DNA from: Alphaproteobacteria bacterium
GTDB taxonomy: Bacteria; Pseudomonadota; Alphaproteobacteria; UBA6615
DNA length: 64,000 nucleotides
Assembly: GCA_050246875.1 (NCBI GenBank)
Contig: JBFWVF010000001.1
Location: forward strand, 226,640 to 290,639
Direction: 5' to 3'
Shown here: positions 50,294 to 59,947 of the stretch, in pieces
How positions within the stretch are numbered: position 1 is the first letter of the stretch
How the letters are laid out: each line of letters begins with the position of its first letter
Position numbers and translations under genes: made by a program
Notes under the pieces: generated by a model
What the model was told of the DNA's origin: nothing
The model's input: the letters and a program-made list of their open reading frames with translations, nothing else
Database searches by the model: none

Positions 50294-50854
50294 TCAGCCG
50301 CCGTGTGCGTCCAGCCAGTCCACCGCCGCCGCCAGCGAGCCGACCACCGCCGTCGCCAGCGCCGCGTCCGGCACGTCCGCCGCGTCCGACACGAGGAGAT
50401 TGACCGGCACGCCCGCCGCGCGGCCGGCCATGATGTCGTGGATGCGGTCGCCGACCAGCGCCGACCGCCGCAGATCGAGGCCGAGGTCGTCGCGGGCGCG
50501 CAGCAGCATGCCGGGCGCCGGCTTGCGGTCGGGCGAGGCGCGGCGGTACGCCCCCTGCGCGGCCGCGGGGTGCGTCGGGTCGTGGTAGACGGCGGCGATC
50601 TCGACCCCCTCGTCGCGGAAGCGCGCGCGCATCCACGCGGTCAGCCGCGCGAAGGCGGCCTCGTCGTAGAGGCCGCGGCCGATGCCGGCCTGGTTGGTGA
50701 CGACGACGAGGCGATAGCCCAGCGCCCGTGCCCGCCGGCAGGCGGCGAAGACGCCGTCGAGGAAGACGAAGTCCTCGATGCGGTGGACGTAGCCGGGATC
50801 GCGGTTGATGACGCCGTCGCGGTCGAGGAACAGCGCGCGATCCGTCGCCACCAC
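50294..50854 (-). CDS. HAD-IIIA phosphatase (GmhB / histidinol-phosphatase-like), divergent from GmhB
   Basis: DRDGVIN, VTNQAGIGRG, DRKPAPGM and GDRIHD motifs. The four Zn-ligand Cys/His residues of bona fide GmhB are not conserved. The start is 2 nt after the ThDP-enzyme stop. Confidence 0.75.
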   Translation of the reverse strand: MVATDRALFLDRDGVINRDPGYVHRIEDFVFLDGVFAACRRARALGYRLVVVTNQAGIGRGLYDEAAFARLTAWMRARFRDEGVEIAAVYHDPTHPAAAQGAYRRASPDRKPAPGMLLRARDDLGLDLRRSALVGDRIHDIMAGRAAGVPVNLLVSDAADVPDAALATAVVGSLAAAVDWLDAHGG

Positions 50855-50856
50855 CG

Positions 50857-52554
50857 TCAGCGCCGCCCCTCGGCCCGCCGCCGCTCGTGCATGGCGCGCA
50901 GGCCGGTGGCGGTGATCGCCGGCGAAAGCTGGTCGGGGTCGATCATCAGTTCCAGTACCGCCACGCCGGGCGCCGCCTGCGCGCGCGCCAGCGCCGGCGC
51001 GAAGTCGGCGGTGGCGCTGACGCGCTCGGCATGGGCGCCGAAGGCCCGCGCCCAGGCGACGAAGTCCGGGTTGACGAGGTCCGTCAGGTAGTTGCGGCCC
51101 GGATAGTCACGCTCCTGGTACATGCGGATGGTGCCGTAGAGGCCGTTGTTGACGATCACCAGCAGGAACTTGAGGCCGAACTGCTGCGCCGTCGCCAGCT
51201 CGTTGCCGGTCATGATGACGCCGCCGTCGCCGGCGAAGCAGACCACCGGCACGTCGGGCCGCGCCGCCGCCGCGGCCACCGCCGCCGGCACGCCGTAGCC
51301 CATCGCGCCGTTGGTCGGGCCGAGCTGGGTGCGGAAGCGGCGGAACGGCCAGAAACGCGAGGCCCAGCCGGCGAAGTTGCCGGCGTCGGTGCAGATGATC
51401 GTCTCGGGCGGAAAGGCGTCGCGCATCGCCGCGATCGCCACGCCCATGTCGAGCTTGCCGGGATAGCTGCCGGGCGTCGTCCACTCGACGCAGTCCTGGC
51501 GCGCCGCGGCCAGCCAGTCGCGCCACGCCGACGGATCGACCGGGTCGAGCAGGCGCGCGGCGGCGGCGAACTGGCCCATGCCGGAGTTGATGGCGACGTC
51601 GGGGCGATAGACGCTGCCCAGCTCGTCGGGATCGGCATGGACGTGGATCAGCTTCTGCTTCGGCGTCGGCACCGACAGCAGCGTGTAGCCGCTGGTCGTC
51701 GCCTCGCCGAGGCGGGCACCGATGGCGAGGATCAGGTCGGCCTCGGTGATGCGCTTGGCCAGCTTCGGATTGATGCCGACGCCGGCCTCGCCGACGTAGT
51801 GCGGGTTGGTGTTGTCGAGCAGGTCGAGCGTGCGGAAGGCGCAGGCGAGCGGCAGGCGGTTGGCCTCGACGAAGGCGCGCAGGTCGGCGCAGGCCTCGGC
51901 CGACCAGCCGCCGCCGCCGGCGATGACCAGCGGCCGTTCCGCCGCCTGCAGCGCGCTGCGCATGGCCAGCATCTCGACGGCGCCGGGGCTGGGACGGACG
52001 ACGCGGTAGCGCGCGGCGTCGGCCACGGACGAGGTCTCGACCAGCATGTCCTCCGGCAGCGCCACCACCACCGGCCCCGGCCGCCCCGACATGGCGAGGT
52101 GGAAGGCGCGGCTGACGACCTCGGGCAGGCGGTCGGGCGTCTCGACCTGCGTCACCCACTTGGCGACGTCGCGGAACATCGAGCGGTAGTCGACCTCCTG
52201 GAAGCCTTCGCGGCCCTCGGCCTCGCGCGCCACCTGGCCGACGAACATCACCATCGGCGTCGAATCCTGCATCGCCGTGTGCACGCCGATCGAGGCGTTG
52301 CAGGCGCCCGGACCGCGCGTGACGAAGGCGACGCCCGGCTTGCCCGTCAGCTTGCCGTAAGCCTCGGCCATGAAGCCGACGCCGCCCTCGTGGCGGCCGA
52401 CGATGATCCGCATCGTGTCGCGGTCGTCATAGAAGGCGTCGATGGCGGCGATGTAGCTCTCGCCGGGAATGCAGAACACCGTGTCGACGCCGTGGATCTT
52501 GAGGGCGTCGACGAGGATGCGGCCGCCGGTGCGCGTGTTGGGGCGGGTGTTCAC
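50857..52554 (-). CDS. Thiamine-diphosphate-dependent enzyme (acetolactate synthase / benzoylformate decarboxylase-like)
   Basis: 565 aa with TPP_enzyme N, M and C domains (GDGGVIMTGNELATA). GTG start at 52554. Confidence 0.8.
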   Translation of the reverse strand: MNTRPNTRTGGRILVDALKIHGVDTVFCIPGESYIAAIDAFYDDRDTMRIIVGRHEGGVGFMAEAYGKLTGKPGVAFVTRGPGACNASIGVHTAMQDSTPMVMFVGQVAREAEGREGFQEVDYRSMFRDVAKWVTQVETPDRLPEVVSRAFHLAMSGRPGPVVVALPEDMLVETSSVADAARYRVVRPSPGAVEMLAMRSALQAAERPLVIAGGGGWSAEACADLRAFVEANRLPLACAFRTLDLLDNTNPHYVGEAGVGINPKLAKRITEADLILAIGARLGEATTSGYTLLSVPTPKQKLIHVHADPDELGSVYRPDVAINSGMGQFAAAARLLDPVDPSAWRDWLAAARQDCVEWTTPGSYPGKLDMGVAIAAMRDAFPPETIICTDAGNFAGWASRFWPFRRFRTQLGPTNGAMGYGVPAAVAAAAARPDVPVVCFAGDGGVIMTGNELATAQQFGLKFLLVIVNNGLYGTIRMYQERDYPGRNYLTDLVNPDFVAWARAFGAHAERVSATADFAPALARAQAAPGVAVLELMIDPDQLSPAITATGLRAMHERRRAEGRR

Positions 52555-52642
52555 GGCTGGAAACCTCGTGCAGTCGGGCGGAAAAACGACCGCGGGCGCC
52601 CCGGTTGCCGGAGCGCCCGCCGGTGACGCGCGGACGATCCGC

Positions 52643-52972
52643 TCAGGCGGTCTTCGCCTTCATCGGGTCGAAGAACGGCGCCGGAATCAGGATCTTGCTT
52701 TCCTGCGTCAGGATCAGCGGCCGCACCTTGGCGATCACGTTCGGCCAGCCCTTGTGGGCAGCGAGCTTGGCGCGCCGCTTGCGACGGTCCTCGAGGTCCT
52801 TGTAGCCCCACATGTGAACGATCTGGTTCAGCGGGCCGATCTCGCTCGAATAGTAGCCGACCATGGTGCCGAGGATCGGCAACTGGATGGCCATGCCTTC
52901 GGACTGGTAGATCTTCAGGAACTCGGCCGTCTTGCCGGCGACGAGCGTATAGGTACGCATCTCGACGATCAT
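52643..52972 (-). CDS. NIPSNAP-family protein, paralog a
   Basis: MIVEMRTYTL...GPLNQIVHMWGYKDLEDR. An alternative upstream start lies at 53014. Confidence 0.7.
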   Translation of the reverse strand: MIVEMRTYTLVAGKTAEFLKIYQSEGMAIQLPILGTMVGYYSSEIGPLNQIVHMWGYKDLEDRRKRRAKLAAHKGWPNVIAKVRPLILTQESKILIPAPFFDPMKAKTA

Positions 52973-53056
52973 TTTCCCGTTTCCCCCTGTTGCGCCGGCC
53001 CGCTGGCCGGACATCGCCTCACGCCCCGCCCCTCCCCCGGGAGAGGCGGCACCACC

Positions 53057-54214
53057 CTACGCCTCGACCCCCGCATCGAAACGGAAGCCGATCTCCTCCA
53101 ACTTGGCGCGTGCCTGCTTGCCCCACTTCTGGGCCACCTCGTCGCCGAGCGACGGGGCGTAGGCGACGCGGTCCTGGCTGCCGGGCCCCTCGGTCTCGAT
53201 CGCCACGAACAGCCGCGCCGTCTCGTCCGACAGGTTGCGGAAGGCGCGGCTGACACCGGGTGGCACCGAGACGAAGTCGTTGGGCTCCAGCACCACGCGG
53301 TTCTCGCCCTCGTCGCCCCAGGTGATCTCGAAGCGGCCGTTGAGGCAGAAGAAGTTCTCGATCGTGGTCTCGTGGCAGTGCAGGCCCGGGCCGTTGCCCG
53401 CCGGGCACTCGGCGATGGCCAGCACGATGCGGTCGCCAGCATGGACGGGCGCGGCGGCACTGCGGCCGACATAGTTCTCGGGCGCCATCAGCGGATAGAC
53501 CTTCTGCGCCGTCAGCCGCTCCATCGCCGCCGGCGGAATGCCGTGCTTGTCTGCGTTCTGCCGGCTGTAGGGCTGCAGGTCGGCGAAGCGCACCATGCGC
53601 TTCTTCATCTCCTCGGCCGTCGGCGTGCGGACCTGGGTCTTCTCGTTGGCAAAGTCGAAACCGAGCGTCGCCATCTTCTCGACCACCTCGCGGCCGAACT
53701 CGCGCTCGACGCGCTCGTGCGTCGAGCGGGCGTGATACACCGGGTCGGCGGCATCCTGGTCGTCGTCGCACTCGACGATCGCCAGCAGCCGGCCGGTGGC
53801 GTCGCCGACGTTCTTGAAGGCGCGGTAGACGCCCTTCGGCATCGAGATGAAGTCGAGCGGCCCCAGTTCCACCGACTGCTCGCCCTTGTCGCCCCAGCTC
53901 ACCTCGAAGCGGCCGGACAGGCAGAGGAAGCTCTCGGTGGTGCGGGCATGGACGTGCAGGCCGGCACCGTCGCCCGGCGGCGATTCCGGGATCGACAGCA
54001 CCATGCGCTTGCCGGCGTGCACCGGGGCCTGCGCGCTGCGGCCCTTGTAGCCGGTCGGCGCCATCACCGGGTAGACGCGGCGCGCGCTGACGCGCTCGAT
54101 CGCCGCGACGGGGATGCCGTGGCTGGAATTGCTCTGCTGGCTGTACGGCTTCAGGCTGGCGAAGCGGGCGGTGCGTTTCGCCATCTCGTCGGGCGTTACG
54201 ACGATGGTCTTCAT
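53057..54214 (-). CDS. Bicupin protein (two tandem cupin domains, clear internal duplication)
   Basis: 385 aa. Residues about 1-190 and about 195-385 align at roughly 45% identity (ARFASLKPYSQQ...HGIPVAAIER versus VRFADLQPYSRQ...HGIPPAAMER). Each half has G-x-H-x-H...E cupin motifs. Confidence 0.75.
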   Translation of the reverse strand: MKTIVVTPDEMAKRTARFASLKPYSQQSNSSHGIPVAAIERVSARRVYPVMAPTGYKGRSAQAPVHAGKRMVLSIPESPPGDGAGLHVHARTTESFLCLSGRFEVSWGDKGEQSVELGPLDFISMPKGVYRAFKNVGDATGRLLAIVECDDDQDAADPVYHARSTHERVEREFGREVVEKMATLGFDFANEKTQVRTPTAEEMKKRMVRFADLQPYSRQNADKHGIPPAAMERLTAQKVYPLMAPENYVGRSAAAPVHAGDRIVLAIAECPAGNGPGLHCHETTIENFFCLNGRFEITWGDEGENRVVLEPNDFVSVPPGVSRAFRNLSDETARLFVAIETEGPGSQDRVAYAPSLGDEVAQKWGKQARAKLEEIGFRFDAGVEA

Positions 54215-54245
54215 GGCGTCTCCCTTCCTGCTCGTGTCGTTGTCG

Positions 54246-54575
54246 TCAGGCGCGCTTGATCTCCCCCGGCGTGAAGAACGGTGCCGGAATGAGGATCTTG
54301 TTCTCCATCTCCTCGATCAGCGCCTGCACCTTCGGCGCGAAGGCCTGCCACCGCTTGTCGGCGGCCAGCTTCGTGCGCCGCTTGGTGCGGTCGGCGAGAT
54401 CCTTGTAGCCCCACATGTGGACGACCTGGTTGAGCGGACCCAGCTCGGTCGCATAGTAGCCGACCATCATGCCGAGTATGGGCAGCTGGATCGGCATGCC
54501 CTCGCTCTCGTAGAGCTTGAAGAACGTGGCGGTGGCGGCCGGCTTCAGCCGGTAGGTACGCATCTCGACGATCAT
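54246..54575 (-). CDS. NIPSNAP-family protein, paralog b
   Basis: MIVEMRTYRL...GPLNQVVHMWGYKDLADR, about 65% identical to paralog a. An alternative start lies at 54614. Confidence 0.7.
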   Translation of the reverse strand: MIVEMRTYRLKPAATATFFKLYESEGMPIQLPILGMMVGYYATELGPLNQVVHMWGYKDLADRTKRRTKLAADKRWQAFAPKVQALIEEMENKILIPAPFFTPGEIKRA

Positions 54576-54617
54576 GGGGCCCCCTGAACCTGCGGGCGGC
54601 CGCATGACCGCCACAAG

Positions 54618-56672
54618 TCAGCGTAGCGCGGCGGCGACGTTTCCGCCATCGACGGTGAGCACGGCCCCGGTGGTCTTGCGGGCCAGCGCCAGGGCGAGGA
54701 AGGCCTCCGCCACGTCCCCCGCCGTGACCTCGCGGCCGAGCAGGTTGCCGGCCATGTAGTCGTGCTCCGAGACGCCGCGCGCCTGCGAGCGGCTGGCCAC
54801 CATGGCGTCGGTCAGCAGGCCGCTGCGGATACGGTCGGCATTGACGGCGTTGGAGCGGATGCCCTCGGCGCCGTAGTCGATGGCGTATTGCCGGGCGAGG
54901 CCCATCGCCGCCGCCTTGGGCAGGCCGTAGGGCCCGAAGTTGGGACCGGGATTGACCGCCTGCTTGGAGGCGTTGAACAGCAGCACGCCGCCCGTCCCCT
55001 GCGCCCGCATCACCGCGACGGCGGCCTTGGCCACGGTCTGGTGGGCGAAAAAGTTCAGCTCGAAGCTCGCCCGCAGGGTCGCGTCGTCGACTTCGCCGAT
55101 GCGCCCCTGCCACGCGGCGCCGGCGTTGGAGACGAGGATGTCGATGCCGCCGAAGGCCTCGACCACGCGCGCCATCGCCGCCGCGACCGAGGCGCCATCG
55201 GTGACGTCGCAGGCGACGGCGAGCGCACTTATGGCTTTCGCCGCCTTCGCCGCCGCGTCGCCGTCGCGGTCGAGCAGCGCCACCTCGGCGCCGGCGTTGC
55301 GGAACGCCTTGCCGATGGCGGCGCCGATGGTGCCGCCGCCGCCGGTGACGACGGCGATCTGGCGCGCCAGCGGCTTCTCCGCGCCCTTGCCCAGCTTGGC
55401 CTGTTCGAGCGACCAGTATTCGATGTCGAACTGCTCGGCCTCGTCGATGGTCGCATAGCGGCCGATGGCCTCGGCGTTGGCGATGACCTCGATGTTGGCC
55501 TCGTAGAGGTCGGCGGCGATGGCGGCGGCCTTGGCGTTCTCCCCGGCGGCGAAGATGCCGAGGCCGGGCACCAGCACGATGCGCGGCGCCGGGTCGAGCG
55601 GCGTCTTGGGCGCCACCGAGTCGGTGTTATGGCGCGTCACGTAGGCCCGGTAGTCGTCCTTGTAGCGGGCGATGGCGGCCGCGAGCCCGGTACGGAAGCC
55701 CGTGAGGTCTCCGGCCAGTGGCGCCGGCGCGATCAGCGGCAGCGGCTTAGTGCGGATGGCGTGGTCGGGCGTCACGGGACCGAGCAGGGCGTAGCGCGGC
55801 AGCTCGGCACCATCGACGAAGGCACGGATCCCCGGCCCCGTGCGATGGGCCAGCACGAAGCGCCGCCACAGCCCCTCGTTGCGGTCGGTCTCCAGCGCCA
55901 GCAGGCCGCGCAGCACCGGCGCCACCTCGGCGGCGGTCATCACCGGCCCGGCCGGCGCCGCCGGCACGAACACCTGTCGCGCCGCCTTCGCCACGCGCGC
56001 CTCGGCCTTCGAGACCAGCTCGATCATCCGCTCGTAGGCGGCCTCGGCGGTCTCGCCCATGGTGAAGATGCCGTGCTTCAGCAGGATCAGCGCGTCGGCC
56101 TCGGGCTCGGCCCGGCTGGCGGCGGCGCAGGCCTGCGCCAGTGCGAAGCCGGGCATGATGTAGGGCACATAGGCGACGCCATCGCCGAAGGTCTCGCGGC
56201 AGATCGCTTCGCCGTCGGGCTGGTCGGTCAGCGCGAGGACGGCGTTGGCGTGGGTGTGGTCGACGAACTTGTGCGGCAGGAAGGCGTGCAGCAGCGTCTC
56301 GACAGAGGGGTTGGGCGCGGCGGCGTCGAGCAGGTTGATGCGCAGCGCGTTGACCATGTCCTCGTCGGACAGGCGTTGCAGGCGCTGCAGCCGGCGCAGC
56401 GGCTCCAGCCGCACGGCGGGCAGGCCCGGCGGCTCGATCGCGCCCATGTCCCAGCCCGAGCCCTTGACGCACAGCACCTCGACCGGATCGCCGGCGAGGT
56501 CGTGCGCCGTCGCCTTCACCGAACTGTTGCCCCCGCCGTGCAGCACCAGCGACGGCTCGCCGCCGAGCAGGCGCGTGCCGTAGACCGCCAGCGACACGTC
56601 CTCCGCGACGCCCTGCTGGGCCCAGCGGGCGACCGTCGCCGCCGCCTCGTCCGCGCGCCACCGGCTCTGCAT
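54618..56672 (-). CDS. Bifunctional class II aldolase/adducin-domain plus short-chain dehydrogenase (RhaD/YuxG-like)
   Basis: 684 aa. N-terminal class II aldolase (LVLHGGGNSS, HTHAN), C-terminal SDR (VTGGGGTIGAAIG; NAS...Y...K). Confidence 0.8.
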   Translation of the reverse strand: MQSRWRADEAAATVARWAQQGVAEDVSLAVYGTRLLGGEPSLVLHGGGNSSVKATAHDLAGDPVEVLCVKGSGWDMGAIEPPGLPAVRLEPLRRLQRLQRLSDEDMVNALRINLLDAAAPNPSVETLLHAFLPHKFVDHTHANAVLALTDQPDGEAICRETFGDGVAYVPYIMPGFALAQACAAASRAEPEADALILLKHGIFTMGETAEAAYERMIELVSKAEARVAKAARQVFVPAAPAGPVMTAAEVAPVLRGLLALETDRNEGLWRRFVLAHRTGPGIRAFVDGAELPRYALLGPVTPDHAIRTKPLPLIAPAPLAGDLTGFRTGLAAAIARYKDDYRAYVTRHNTDSVAPKTPLDPAPRIVLVPGLGIFAAGENAKAAAIAADLYEANIEVIANAEAIGRYATIDEAEQFDIEYWSLEQAKLGKGAEKPLARQIAVVTGGGGTIGAAIGKAFRNAGAEVALLDRDGDAAAKAAKAISALAVACDVTDGASVAAAMARVVEAFGGIDILVSNAGAAWQGRIGEVDDATLRASFELNFFAHQTVAKAAVAVMRAQGTGGVLLFNASKQAVNPGPNFGPYGLPKAAAMGLARQYAIDYGAEGIRSNAVNADRIRSGLLTDAMVASRSQARGVSEHDYMAGNLLGREVTAGDVAEAFLALALARKTTGAVLTVDGGNVAAALR

Positions 56673-56748
56673 CTTCTTGGTCCGTCTGCCTTGCGTTCAG
56701 GCGTGCGGACTAGCCCCAAAAGCGGTCCCGGTGCAAGCGCGGCCGAAG

Positions 56749-57753
56749 TCAATCCCGCGCGGCCAGCGCTTCGCCGAGCCGCCGCCATTCCGCCTCTTCG
56801 CCCGGCAGGCCGAAGCGCAGGCGATCCGGCCGTCCGGCGAAGCGCCGGACGAGGATGCCCCGCCGCCCGAGACGCTCGTACAGGCCGTCGGCGTCCGGCG
56901 TCCCGACGTAGCGGAAGAGAGCCGTGCCGCCCGCCACGGTCAGCCCCGCGCCGGCGAGCAGCCCATCGAGGCGCGCCGCATCGGCCGCGAGACGCCGGCG
57001 CGTGGCAGCGATCCACTCGGTATCGGCCAGCGCCGCCGCGCCGATGGCCAGCGCCGGCCCCGACACCGCCCACGGTCCCAGCCGGTCGCGCAGTATCGCG
57101 GCCATATCCGGCGCGGCAATGGCGAAGCCCAGCCGCAGACCGGCGAGGCCGAAGAACTTGCCGAAGGAGCGCAGCACGACGATGCCGCCCCGCGCCACGT
57201 CGCCGGCGAGACTCTCCCCCGCGGGACCGACATCCATGAAGGCCTCGTCGACGACCAGCAGGCCGGTGCGACCGGCCAGCGCCAGCAGCTCGGCGCGCGG
57301 CACGACCCGGCCATCGGGATTGTTCGGGTTGGTGACGACCGCGAGGGCGACGCCGGCGAGGTCGGAAACCTGTATCACGTCGTCGACCCTGTGGCCCGAC
57401 AGCGCCGCCGCCCGCGCGTGCTCCGCATAGGTCGGCCCAAGCACGGCGGCACGGCCGGGCGCCCGCAACGCCGCGACCGGCGGCAGCAGGATCTGGGTGC
57501 CTGGCGCGGCGACGACGCAGGCCGCGCCGGGCGCGCCGTAACGCAGGGCGGCGGCCGCCGCGAGACGGTCGAGCGCGTCCCGCCCCGGCAGGCGCATCAG
57601 CGCGTCCGCCGGCAGAACTGGCACCGGCCACGGCACCGGGTTGATGCCGGTCGAAAGATCGATGAAGGGCTCCGGCGCACCGGGGAAGCGGCGGCGGGCG
57701 GCGGACAGATCGCCGCCATGCTCGATGGCGGCGAATCCGCTCATCGCCGCCAC
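56749..57753 (-). CDS. CobD/CobC-like L-threonine-O-3-phosphate decarboxylase / HisC-like PLP enzyme
   Basis: 334 aa, EHGGDL...PEPFIDLSTGINP...SFGKFFGLAGLRLG (PLP lysine context), collinear with Salmonella CobD. Confidence 0.7.
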   Translation of the reverse strand: MAAMSGFAAIEHGGDLSAARRRFPGAPEPFIDLSTGINPVPWPVPVLPADALMRLPGRDALDRLAAAAALRYGAPGAACVVAAPGTQILLPPVAALRAPGRAAVLGPTYAEHARAAALSGHRVDDVIQVSDLAGVALAVVTNPNNPDGRVVPRAELLALAGRTGLLVVDEAFMDVGPAGESLAGDVARGGIVVLRSFGKFFGLAGLRLGFAIAAPDMAAILRDRLGPWAVSGPALAIGAAALADTEWIAATRRRLAADAARLDGLLAGAGLTVAGGTALFRYVGTPDADGLYERLGRRGILVRRFAGRPDRLRFGLPGEEAEWRRLGEALAARD

Positions 57754-57763
57754 CCGGGCGCAA

Positions 57764-57849
57764 CCTCGTCCTTCGACAGGCTCAGGACGAGGGCTGCTTG
57801 TGGATGAAGCCCGGAGGCATCCTCATGGTGAGCCTGTCGAACCATGAGG
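57764..57849. repeat. REP-like composite repeat, copy D (two inverted units)
   Basis: Unit 57764-57792 CCTCGTCC-ttcgacaggctcag-GACGAGG and unit 57821-57849 CCTCATGG-tgagcctgtcgaa-CCATGAGG, 28 nt apart. Confidence 0.7.
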
Positions 57850-57861
57850 ACCGCTCCAGCC

Positions 57862-58767
57862 CTAGAGATACTGGCGGAACCAGGCGATGGCCTCGCGCTT
57901 CTGCACCTCGTGCTTCTCCGGCGAACAGAAGGCGTAGCTCTCGTAGTGCTGCGCCTTCGGAATGCAGACGAGGCGCTTGGGCTCGCCCAGTTCCTCGTAG
58001 CACGACAACTGCTCGTTCACGGGACACAGCGTGTCGTGCTCGGCGTAGACCATCAGCACCGGCCGCGGCGAGATGCGCGAGGCGACCCATTCCGGCTTGA
58101 AGCGCCAGCAATGGGCCGCGCTCTCGATGTCGTACTCGGGATTGAAGCGTCCGTCCTTCACGTGGAACTGGTCGATCACCATCTGCGTGTGCGGATCGGT
58201 CAGCATGATCTCCGGCAGCTTGACCATCGTCTTCTCGCCGGTGACGACGCGCTTGCGCTCGGCCTCCATCACCTTCTCCTTGAATGTGGCCCATTCGTGC
58301 GGGCGGCGCACGGTGCGCATCCAGCGCTCGCCGTCGGCGACCATGACGGCCGAGACGATAACCTTGATGCGCTCGTCGAAAGCGGCGCACCAGATGGCGT
58401 TGGCGCCACCCCAGGACGACCCGTAGACGCCGATGCGCTCGGGATCGACGCCCTCGACCGTCTGCAGGTAGGTGACACCGTCATAGACCATCTGCGCCTG
58501 GTCGAACGGACGATGGCGGCCGCGCGGGCCTTCCGACACGCCGAAGCCGGGGTAGTCGGGCGACAGCACGAAGTAGCCCTCCTCCCACAGCCATTGCGGC
58601 ACGTCCATGCCGTAGACGTCCTTCATGCCGGTATAGCCGTGCGGCACGATGATGGCGGGACGCAGGTTGTCGCCCTTCTTCCAGTCGCGCGGGCGATAGA
58701 GGAAGGCGGCGATCTTCAGGTCGTTCGAATAGAAATGGATGTCGTCCCAGACCTTGGGGTGCGCCAT
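57862..58767 (-). CDS. Alpha/beta-fold hydrolase
   Basis: Nucleophile elbow GSSWGG. Start ATG 58767 (MAHPKVWDD). The track ORF begins at TTG 58788. Confidence 0.75.
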   Translation of the reverse strand: MAHPKVWDDIHFYSNDLKIAAFLYRPRDWKKGDNLRPAIIVPHGYTGMKDVYGMDVPQWLWEEGYFVLSPDYPGFGVSEGPRGRHRPFDQAQMVYDGVTYLQTVEGVDPERIGVYGSSWGGANAIWCAAFDERIKVIVSAVMVADGERWMRTVRRPHEWATFKEKVMEAERKRVVTGEKTMVKLPEIMLTDPHTQMVIDQFHVKDGRFNPEYDIESAAHCWRFKPEWVASRISPRPVLMVYAEHDTLCPVNEQLSCYEELGEPKRLVCIPKAQHYESYAFCSPEKHEVQKREAIAWFRQYL

Positions 58768-58879
58768 GTCAGGAGTTCCCTCGTGCAACAGGTTTGCAGG
58801 CGACGATTATAGCCACCGGCCCGGCCCTGTCGCCGCCGTCCCACCAGGCCATTTCGCTGCGTGAACGCGGCGCGGGGCA

Positions 58880-59779
58880 TCAACCCAGGGCGCGGTACCA
58901 GCCCGACAGCGCACGGCCGATCTCGTGCGGCGAGTCCTCGTGGACGTAGTGCAGGCCCCTGACGGTCACTTCCGTCTGGTTCGGCCAGCGGCGCACGATG
59001 TCGCGATGGCGGCCGACGAGGACGGCGCCCGGCTCGGTATTGATGAACAGCTTGGGGAACGGCGCCCCGGCCATGAACGCGCTGTTCGCCTCGACCACGG
59101 CGAGCACGTCGGCCGGGCTGCCCTCGATGGGGATCTCGCGCGGCCAGGTCAGAGTCGGGCGACGGTCCTCGCCCGCATTGCGATAGGGCCGGCGATATTC
59201 GTTCATCTCCGTCTCGGTCAGCTTCCGCAGCACCATCGCCGGCAGCACCTTCTCGACGAAGAAATTGCCCTGCAGCACCATCTCCTCGCCTTCGGGGCCA
59301 CGGAACTTGCGGAACAGCGCCTGCACCTCGGGCGGCCAGTGGTCCCACGAGAAGTCGCCGACGAGCGCCTGGAAGTAGCAGACGGCCTTGATCCGGTCGG
59401 CGTTGTTGCGCGCCCAGGTGAAGCCGGTCTGCGAACCCCAGTCGTGGACCATCAGGGTCACGCGCGGGCCGAGGTCGAGCGCATCGAGCAGCGCATCGAT
59501 GTATTGCTGATGCTCGGCGAGGCGATAGCGGCCGGGGCCACTGCCGTCGAGCTTCGCGCTGTCGCCCTGGCCGATGTTGTCGACGGCGACGATGCGCGCG
59601 GCGTCCTGCACGTAGGGCATGATGTTGCGGTACATGTAGGACGAGGTGATGTTGCCGTGCAGGAAGACGATCGGGTCGCCCTGCCCCTCGTCGACCACGG
59701 CCATGCGCTTGCCCAGCACCTCGACCGTCTTCTTCGCGTAGCGCATCGTCGGGTCGATCGCCGTCATCGGAGCCTCCAC
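58880..59779 (-). CDS. Haloalkane dehalogenase-family alpha/beta hydrolase
   Basis: 299 aa. IVFLHGNITSSYMYRNI matches the HLD HGNPTSSYLWRN block, with HDWGS nucleophile elbow and cap domain. Confidence 0.7.
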   Translation of the reverse strand: MEAPMTAIDPTMRYAKKTVEVLGKRMAVVDEGQGDPIVFLHGNITSSYMYRNIMPYVQDAARIVAVDNIGQGDSAKLDGSGPGRYRLAEHQQYIDALLDALDLGPRVTLMVHDWGSQTGFTWARNNADRIKAVCYFQALVGDFSWDHWPPEVQALFRKFRGPEGEEMVLQGNFFVEKVLPAMVLRKLTETEMNEYRRPYRNAGEDRRPTLTWPREIPIEGSPADVLAVVEANSAFMAGAPFPKLFINTEPGAVLVGRHRDIVRRWPNQTEVTVRGLHYVHEDSPHEIGRALSGWYRALG

Positions 59780-59947
59780 GGGTCTGCCGGATCACACCTC
59801 AACCCGGCGCCACGCGCCGGGCAACCCGCCGCGCCGGCAAACTCTGTTGAACGGGCCGCACAGGCCCGCGATTGCCGCGGCGCGCCTCATGTGCCATGAG
59901 CGGCCCGCAGCCGCGGCCGCATCGCCCTCCCGCACCGGATCGTCCCC

